From Demequinaceae bacterium (GTDB taxonomy: Bacteria; Actinomycetota; Actinomycetes; Actinomycetales; Demequinaceae): 32,000 nucleotides of DNA. The stretch spans positions 180,001 to 212,000 of the forward strand of contig OZ252279.1 of assembly GCA_965250005.1 (NCBI GenBank), read 5' to 3'. Position numbers and translations under genes: made by a program. Below the pieces are notes generated by a model. That model was not told the DNA's origin, made no database searches, and was given only the letters and a program-made list of their open reading frames with translations. Within the stretch, counting starts at the first letter, position 1. Every line of letters begins with the position of its first letter. Shown here piece after piece: positions 27,451 through 32,000 of this stretch.

Positions 27451-27924
27451 GTGAGATTTCTACGCAACCCCGCACTGTTGATGGCGGCGGCGCTTACTAC
27501 ACTGGTCGCCCTGTACATGGGCCTCGTTGCTGATCGCGCATTCCAATTGATCACGACGGACGACAGCGCCGCGCGCGGGCTGGGCGCGGCGCTCATGATC
27601 TTCCCTGTCATCGGGATCTGGTGGATTGTCCACGAGTGGTCGCTGGGTACCGCGGTTCAGAAGATGTCAAACATCCTTGAGGACGAGGGGCGGCTGCCCA
27701 TTCACGACGGCGAGACGCTTCCGAGCGGGCGCTTGACCGAGGAGGCCGCGGAGGCGGTGTTTGAGGTCGCTAACCGAAACGTGGACCAGAATCCCGAGGA
27801 TTGGCGCGCGTGGTTCCACGTCGCGTACGCCTACGAGGCGAATCGCGACCGCCGGATGGCGCGGCAGTCCTTGCGGCACGCGGCGGATTTGTTTAAGAAG
27901 GAGCGGCGCGCGCTGCGCGCTTGA
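27451..27924 (+). CDS. Conserved hypothetical membrane protein (two predicted TM segments plus a helical C-terminal domain)
   Basis: The GTG start is 2 nt after the dapB stop, suggesting translational coupling. Hydrophobic segments are ALLMAAALTTLVALYMGLV and LGAALMIFPVIGIWWIV. A small TM protein also follows dapB in Mycobacterium. Confidence 0.6.
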   Translation: MRFLRNPALLMAAALTTLVALYMGLVADRAFQLITTDDSAARGLGAALMIFPVIGIWWIVHEWSLGTAVQKMSNILEDEGRLPIHDGETLPSGRLTEEAAEAVFEVANRNVDQNPEDWRAWFHVAYAYEANRDRRMARQSLRHAADLFKKERRALRA

Positions 27925-27941
27925 CCGGACCTCAGCGCTGG

Positions 27942-28436
27942 CTAGATCGCCGCGCGCCAGAGCGCCTCGGTAATCGCGCCACCCGGACTGTCGAGCGTGC
28001 GCTCCACGCCTCCCGGGGCGAGCCCGGCCGACTCGTAGAAGGCGTTGCGGTGATCATCAGCGGCGAGTGACCACGCGCGTAGCTGCTCGACGCCCGCGAC
28101 GCGCATGGTGTCCACACACGCCGCAAGCAGTCGCGCGCCGTGGCCTTGGCGGCGGTGCTCCGGTGCGACCTCGAGCGCGACGATTTCTCCGCGGGGGGCG
28201 ATGGCGGCGAATCCCACCACTTCTGGTCCCGCGCACGCGGCGAACACGCGGTGCTCCCGGCTTGGCGGCGTCTCGATTGCTGATCCCCACGTGTCGCGCA
28301 CGTCGTCGCGCGGGATGGTCGCGGCGGTCTCTTCGCCAAGAGAGGCGCGCCACGACGCGAACTGGATGTCCGCGATCGCATGCTCGTCGCCCAAGATTGC
28401 GGGACGTACGGAGACGTCGGCGTGGATTCCGGACAT
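27942..28436 (-). CDS. GNAT-family N-acetyltransferase
   Basis: The motif is IVALEVAPEHRRQGHGARLLAACVD. I chose the ATG at 28436 because TAGGCT (complement of 28443-28448) lies 6 nt upstream, the leaderless pattern. The track start is the GTG at 28442. Confidence 0.75.
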   Translation of the reverse strand: MSGIHADVSVRPAILGDEHAIADIQFASWRASLGEETAATIPRDDVRDTWGSAIETPPSREHRVFAACAGPEVVGFAAIAPRGEIVALEVAPEHRRQGHGARLLAACVDTMRVAGVEQLRAWSLAADDHRNAFYESAGLAPGGVERTLDSPGGAITEALWRAAI

Positions 28437-28442
28437 GCGCAC

Positions 28443-28448
28443 AGCCTA
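28443..28448 (-). promoter_or_regulatory. Putative -10 element (TAGGCT) for the leaderless GNAT transcript
   Basis: On the minus strand the sequence reads TAGGCT-GTGCGC-ATG. Confidence 0.3.
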
Positions 28449-28457
28449 CGTGCGCGG

Positions 28458-28781
28458 CTATCCCCAGCCGAGCGCGCGCAGTCCCGCGGCGACCGCGGCG
28501 GCCAGCACCACGACGACGATGAACGGTGCGCGAAGTGCGAGCGCAATCGCGGCCGCTGCGAGGCCCACGATGCGGGCGTCGACCACCAGCTCTGCCCCTG
28601 CTGTAAACGACTGGACTGCGGCGAGGCCGGCGAGCAGCGCGATCGTCACGAGTGCCGCGATGCGGCTGACGCGCGGGTGCTTGCGCGCGCGTTCGGGGAC
28701 AAAGTGGCCGAGCAATTTGGTTCCGTATGCGAGCGCGGCTGCCGCGACGATCGCGATCCACGTGACGACGTAGGGGCTCAC
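28458..28781 (-). CDS. azlD: Branched-chain amino-acid exporter small subunit, AzlD family
   Basis: It is a 107-aa very hydrophobic protein (VSPYVVTWIAIVAAAALAYGTKLLG...). The GTG start overlaps the azlC stop as GTGA. The track ORF extends spuriously to 29126. Confidence 0.7.
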   Translation of the reverse strand: MSPYVVTWIAIVAAAALAYGTKLLGHFVPERARKHPRVSRIAALVTIALLAGLAAVQSFTAGAELVVDARIVGLAAAAIALALRAPFIVVVVLAAAVAAGLRALGWG

Positions 28782-29545
28782 GAGGGCTCCTCGTCTGGCG
28801 AATCCGTGACGTGGGTGCGTGTATCGGTGGCGGCAGGCCCGGCGGCCAGGGGCGCGAACAGGCCGGCGAGAATCGCCACCAAGGCGGCTGCCAAGATCGG
28901 GATGCCTGCCGGGACGATAGGTGTTAGAGCGAGAGCGACCACGGCGGCGCCCGCGGCGACCCAGCGTGCAACCGGGGAGGCCAGGCGCGGCCACAGCAGG
29001 CCGAGGAATGCCGCGGCGGCGGCAGCGTCGAGGCCCCACTGGCTCGGGTCTCCCAGGCGCTGCCCCACGAGCGCGCCGAGCACCGTGATGGAGTTCCATA
29101 GCACGAAGACGCCCACCCCAGTCCACCAGAACCCCTGCTGCTTGGCCGCGCGAGCCTCGGGGTCCGCAGGGTCACCTGGCTGGGCGAGAGCCACCGCGGT
29201 GGACTCGTCAATGGTGACTTGAGCCGCCCAGAGGCGGCGTGCCCCCCGCATCGGCTGCAGGACCGGTGCGAGCGCCGCACCGTAGAAGCCGTTTCGGACG
29301 CCGAGGAACGTGCTGGTGGCGACCGCGGCCGCGACGCCGCCGCCCGCGCTGATGATCCCGACGAACGCGAACTGGGATCCGCCGGAGAAGAGCAAGAGGC
29401 TCAGCGCCATCGTTTGCCAAAGGTCTAGGCCGGCGGCCACGCTCAGGGCGCCGAATGAGATCGCGTACGTGCCAGTTGCAGCCGCGACCGAGAGTGCCTG
29501 GCGCTTGGCCTCGGTGTTAAATATTCGCGGCGCGCGCCAGGTCAT
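28778..29545 (-). CDS. azlC: Branched-chain amino-acid exporter large subunit, AzlC family
   Basis: It is a 255-aa multi-TM protein with the LLLFSGGSQFAFVG motif, starting at the ATG at 29545. The upstream part of the 541-aa track ORF is antisense to thyX and was rejected. Confidence 0.75.
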   Translation of the reverse strand: MTWRAPRIFNTEAKRQALSVAAATGTYAISFGALSVAAGLDLWQTMALSLLLFSGGSQFAFVGIISAGGGVAAAVATSTFLGVRNGFYGAALAPVLQPMRGARRLWAAQVTIDESTAVALAQPGDPADPEARAAKQQGFWWTGVGVFVLWNSITVLGALVGQRLGDPSQWGLDAAAAAAFLGLLWPRLASPVARWVAAGAAVVALALTPIVPAGIPILAAALVAILAGLFAPLAAGPAATDTRTHVTDSPDEEPS

Positions 29546-29569
29546 GGCTTGACTATCGCACACCGCCGC

Positions 29570-29575
29570 TAGGCT
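29570..29575 (+). promoter_or_regulatory. Putative -10 element (TAGGCT) for a leaderless thyX transcript
   Basis: The sequence reads TAGGCT-GGCCGC-GTG(29582). TTGACT (29549-29554) lies only 15 nt upstream. On the other strand GATAGT (complement of 29552-29557) lies 6 nt upstream of the azlC ATG. Confidence 0.35.
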
Positions 29576-29581
29576 GGCCGC

Positions 29582-30310
29582 GTGACCGACCAAGCCGCTG
29601 CCATTCAGTTCCGCTCCGACGTTTCTGTGGAGCTTGTCCGCTCGAACGCCGACGACGCCGACGTGCTGTTCGCCGCGCGCGTGTCCACCAAGGGCGAGCA
29701 GTCGCTCAAGGACGTGAACGCGGACCCGTCCACGAGCGCCGGGCTCATCAACTACCTGATGCGCGACCGCCACGGCAGCCCCTTCGAGCACAACTCCATG
29801 ACCTGGTACGTTCAGGCGCCCATCTTCGTTTTCCGCGAGTTCATGCGCCACCGCATCGCCTCGTACAACGAAGAATCGGGACGCTACCGCCAGCTCCAGC
29901 CCACGTTCTACTTTCCCGGCCCGCAGCGCAAACTGGTCCAGGTAGGCAAGCCCGGCGCGTACACGTTTGAGGACGGCAGCGCCGAACAGCACGCGCTCGC
30001 GGAGTCCGAGATCAAGGCGTCCTGCACCCAGGCGTACGAGTCCTATCTGCGAATGTTGGAGGCCGGAATCGCGCGCGAGGTAGCCCGCGCCGTGCTGCCC
30101 GTGACCATCTACTCGTCCATGTACGTCACCATGAACGCCCGCGCGCTCATGAACTTCTTGTCCCTGCGCACCACGCGCGAGGGCACCCACTTCCCATCGT
30201 TTCCGCAGCGCGAGATCGAAATGGTCGCAGAGAAGATGGAAGACGGCTGGGCTGAGCTCATGCCCATGACGTACGAGGCGTTCAACAAGTCCGGCCGCGT
30301 CGCGCCGTGA
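29582..30310 (+). CDS. thyX: FAD-dependent thymidylate synthase ThyX
   Basis: The ThyX signature is RHRIASYNEESGRY (RHRxxSxxxxSxR). Confidence 0.9.
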   Translation: MTDQAAAIQFRSDVSVELVRSNADDADVLFAARVSTKGEQSLKDVNADPSTSAGLINYLMRDRHGSPFEHNSMTWYVQAPIFVFREFMRHRIASYNEESGRYRQLQPTFYFPGPQRKLVQVGKPGAYTFEDGSAEQHALAESEIKASCTQAYESYLRMLEAGIAREVARAVLPVTIYSSMYVTMNARALMNFLSLRTTREGTHFPSFPQREIEMVAEKMEDGWAELMPMTYEAFNKSGRVAP

Positions 30311-30660
30311 GTCGCGGTCAGGCGCGCGGCGGCGCGGCGGCGATCGTGGCGGGTTTGTTGCTGGCGACCGCCTCGCTCGCTGGGTGCAGCACCCTCGACG
30401 CATACGACGTGGTGAACGGTTGCTCGGTCCCGATTGAGGTCACACTCGACCAGCCGGGTAACTCGACGCGCTCCTCTGACGCGACGCTCGCGCCCGGCGC
30501 AAGCGAGGTGCTTGACAGTGTGGGCCCGCCCAGCGCCGCCCTCTATGTGAAGGCCGATGGTGCGGACGCGTGGGCCCACCAGATCCCGGGTGGCGAGCTG
30601 CCGGGCTACGACCCTGACGGCCCCGCGACCTACGTGGTCGAGGGCGAGTACTGCCCGTAG
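30307..30660 (+). CDS. Hypothetical small lipoprotein
   Basis: The GTG start overlaps the thyX stop as GTGA. The signal peptide and lipobox read AAIVAGLLLATASLAGC. I recognise no family. Confidence 0.55.
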   Translation: MSRGQARGGAAAIVAGLLLATASLAGCSTLDAYDVVNGCSVPIEVTLDQPGNSTRSSDATLAPGASEVLDSVGPPSAALYVKADGADAWAHQIPGGELPGYDPDGPATYVVEGEYCP

Positions 30661-30756
30661 GCCCTTGGCTTGCGGCCAACGGTGGGACACGTGGTAGGCA
30701 TGGTTACCGCGGAATTTCTGACGAGTACAGCAGGTTCGACCGATCACAGCCGAACC

Positions 30757-30780
30757 GGACCCTGCGTCGACGCCGGGTCC
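30757..30780. promoter_or_regulatory. 24-bp near-perfect palindrome upstream of the VOC gene (operator or 5'-UTR hairpin candidate)
   Basis: GGACCCTGCGTCGACGCCGGGTCC is symmetric at 22 of 24 positions, with centre TCGA. It ends 20 nt before the ATG at 30801 and 10 nt before the SD AGGAG. Confidence 0.4.
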
Positions 30781-30800
30781 CCGATAAACCAGGAGCGCTC

Positions 30801-31250
30801 ATGTCAGATCCGCAAGACAAGTTTCCCATCCCGAGTGAGGGCATGATCGTCACGCACCTCGTCATCTCGGACGATGTCCCCAAAACCACCCACTTCTATG
30901 GCGAACTGCTCGGCGGCGAAGTGACGATGGACATGGACGGTGCGTTCTCGGCGGTCAAGCTCGCGAACACGTGGGTCCTGATCGTCGGCGGCGGGGGAGG
31001 AACCCCGGACAAGCCAGACGTGACGCTCGCGCCACCGGCCGACATTAACCTGTTCCACGCGTTCATGAACATCCGCGTTGCGGACATCGACGCTGTCCAC
31101 AAGGAGTGGTCGGCCAAGGGCGTCGAGTTCATTACGGAGCCGCTCGACAATCGCGGCATGGAGATGCGTTGCTACATCCGCGACCCCGATGGCCGGATCA
31201 TCGAAGTCGGCCAGTCCACGGGAATGAACGACTTCCTCGCGAACGCCTAG
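30801..31250 (+). CDS. VOC (glyoxalase / bleomycin-resistance / dioxygenase) family protein
   Basis: The SD is AGGAG. The N-terminal THLVISDDVPKTTHFYGELLGGEV and C-terminal IRDPDGRIIEV are typical VOC beta-alpha-beta-beta-beta module endings. Confidence 0.75.
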   Translation: MSDPQDKFPIPSEGMIVTHLVISDDVPKTTHFYGELLGGEVTMDMDGAFSAVKLANTWVLIVGGGGGTPDKPDVTLAPPADINLFHAFMNIRVADIDAVHKEWSAKGVEFITEPLDNRGMEMRCYIRDPDGRIIEVGQSTGMNDFLANA

Positions 31251-31258
31251 CGCGACGG

Positions 31259-31336
31259 TCGCTCCGTTGCCACCAGCAGGCCGGAGCGAAACCTGAGACG
31301 CTTGTACCTGATCGACACGTCCGCCGCGGCGGACGT
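31259..31336. terminator. Two hairpins between the convergent VOC and GH20 genes
   Basis: TCGCTCCG (31259-31266) pairs with CGGAGCGA (31282-31289). A perfect 20-nt palindrome ACGTCCGCCGCGGCGGACGT (31317-31336) ends 8 nt from the GH20 stop. Confidence 0.45.
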
Positions 31337-31344
31337 CGTTGGTC

Positions 31345-32000
31345 CTACCAGCCCAGTTGCGGTTCCACGTAATAGTTAATTCCCAGGGCGTCGAGATGCG
31401 CCCGTAGCGCACCCAATCTTTGGGCGAATTGGCTGTAGTCCCGGTTGGCCTCTGTGGTCCAAGCCAACTCGGCGATCGCAGCCATGCGCGGCCACATCCG
31501 GTTGTCGGCCGCGTCAATGCTCTCCACACGCTCTGACCACATCGCGCCCTCGACGCCCATGACGTTCGAGTAACTCTGGGGATTCATGCTGTACGCGCGC
31601 TCTAGCGAGACGCCGTCGGCGCTGCACCACGTGTACGTATTGGGCTGGCCGGGGAAGTTCCCGTGGTCGAAGTAGGTGTAACTGCATGGAGACAGCACTT
31701 GCTGGATGCCACGGTCAAGTGCGGGCTGGATGTTGTAATTGTCGTTCCACAGTTGCAGCAAACCTGACGTCCGAATCTCGCCGGCGGATGCTTCCTCCCA
31801 CGCGACGATCTTGCGCCCTAGGTCCGCGGCGATGGCGTCGACCCTTTCGATGAACTCGGGGTACAGCGGATCGGCGATTTCGTCGCCGCCGATGTGGATG
31901 TACTCCGAGGGGAAGATTTCTGTGACTTCCCGAAGAACGTCCTCGACGAACGGGTAAATGACGTCGGGCTTCGTCAGGCACAACTTGCTGAAGCCCACCT
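31345..32000 (-). CDS. Beta-N-acetylhexosaminidase (GH20), 3' portion; the 5' end is outside the window
   Basis: The catalytic motif is YIHIGGDE (the Asp-Glu pair of GH20). The frame is open to the window edge. Confidence 0.8.
   Translation of the reverse strand, partial: VGFSKLCLTKPDVIYPFVEDVLREVTEIFPSEYIHIGGDEIADPLYPEFIERVDAIAADLGRKIVAWEEASAGEIRTSGLLQLWNDNYNIQPALDRGIQQVLSPCSYTYFDHGNFPGQPNTYTWCSADGVSLERAYSMNPQSYSNVMGVEGAMWSERVESIDAADNRMWPRMAAIAELAWTTEANRDYSQFAQRLGALRAHLDALGINYYVEPQLGW

Noticed and set aside
27942-28436. The GNAT gene as a possible GNAT-type toxin of a toxin-antitoxin pair
   Set aside because: No small RHH- or DUF1778-like antitoxin ORF lies upstream or overlapping. The gene appears monocistronic with its own leaderless promoter.
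28105-29222. Plus-strand ORFs of 222 aa and 280 aa, and minus-strand alternative frames of 204-234 aa
   Set aside because: They overlap the GNAT, azlD and azlC genes in other frames. They are extremely Arg/Ala-rich and have no motifs.
28778-30403. A 541-aa minus-strand ORF
   Set aside because: Only the C-terminal 255 codons (from the ATG at 29545) are AzlC-like. The upstream 286 codons are the antisense of thyX, whose ThyX signature is unambiguous.

Overview
This window is high-GC chromosomal DNA with the gene order typical of Actinomycetota. I cannot name the genus from sequence alone. Almost all of it is conserved housekeeping sequence. Reading left to right: ispG (3' part), a GNAT acetyltransferase and a VanY/M15-like peptidase. 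Next is a small Cys-rich lipoprotein gene that runs into an IS3-family element (orfA/orfB with a -1 frameshift), then an ankyrin-repeat lipoprotein and proS. Two tandemly duplicated paralogues of the same Cys-rich lipoprotein follow, then a convergent Ala-rich DUF4439-like lipoprotein. After that come rimP-nusA-ylxR-infB-rbfA-truB-ribF, a gluABCD-type amino-acid ABC transporter and rpsO-pnp. A convergent 637-aa orphan with a PEP-carboxykinase-like active-site motif series sits after pnp, followed by an M16 peptidase, dapB and a small membrane protein. The window ends with a GNAT and azlD-azlC (minus strand), divergent thyX plus a small lipoprotein, a VOC/glyoxalase-family protein, and the 3' part of a GH20 hexosaminidase. 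I found no tRNA, rRNA or CRISPR array. I do not see a convincing multi-gene novel system such as a defence island, toxin-antitoxin pair or biosynthetic cluster. The items most worth a second look are: (1) the PEPCK-like orphan wedged into the otherwise conserved pnp / M16 peptidase / dapB block; (2) the three-member Cys-rich lipoprotein family, with one copy IS-associated and two in a tandem duplication that carried relics of both neighbouring genes; (3) the IS3 element, whose termini I could not resolve; (4) a recurrent TANNNT-N6/7-start-codon arrangement at eight gene starts, indicating leaderless transcripts and fixing start-codon choices. Many long ORFs in the six-frame track are antisense or alternative-frame shadows typical of GC-rich DNA and were not called.
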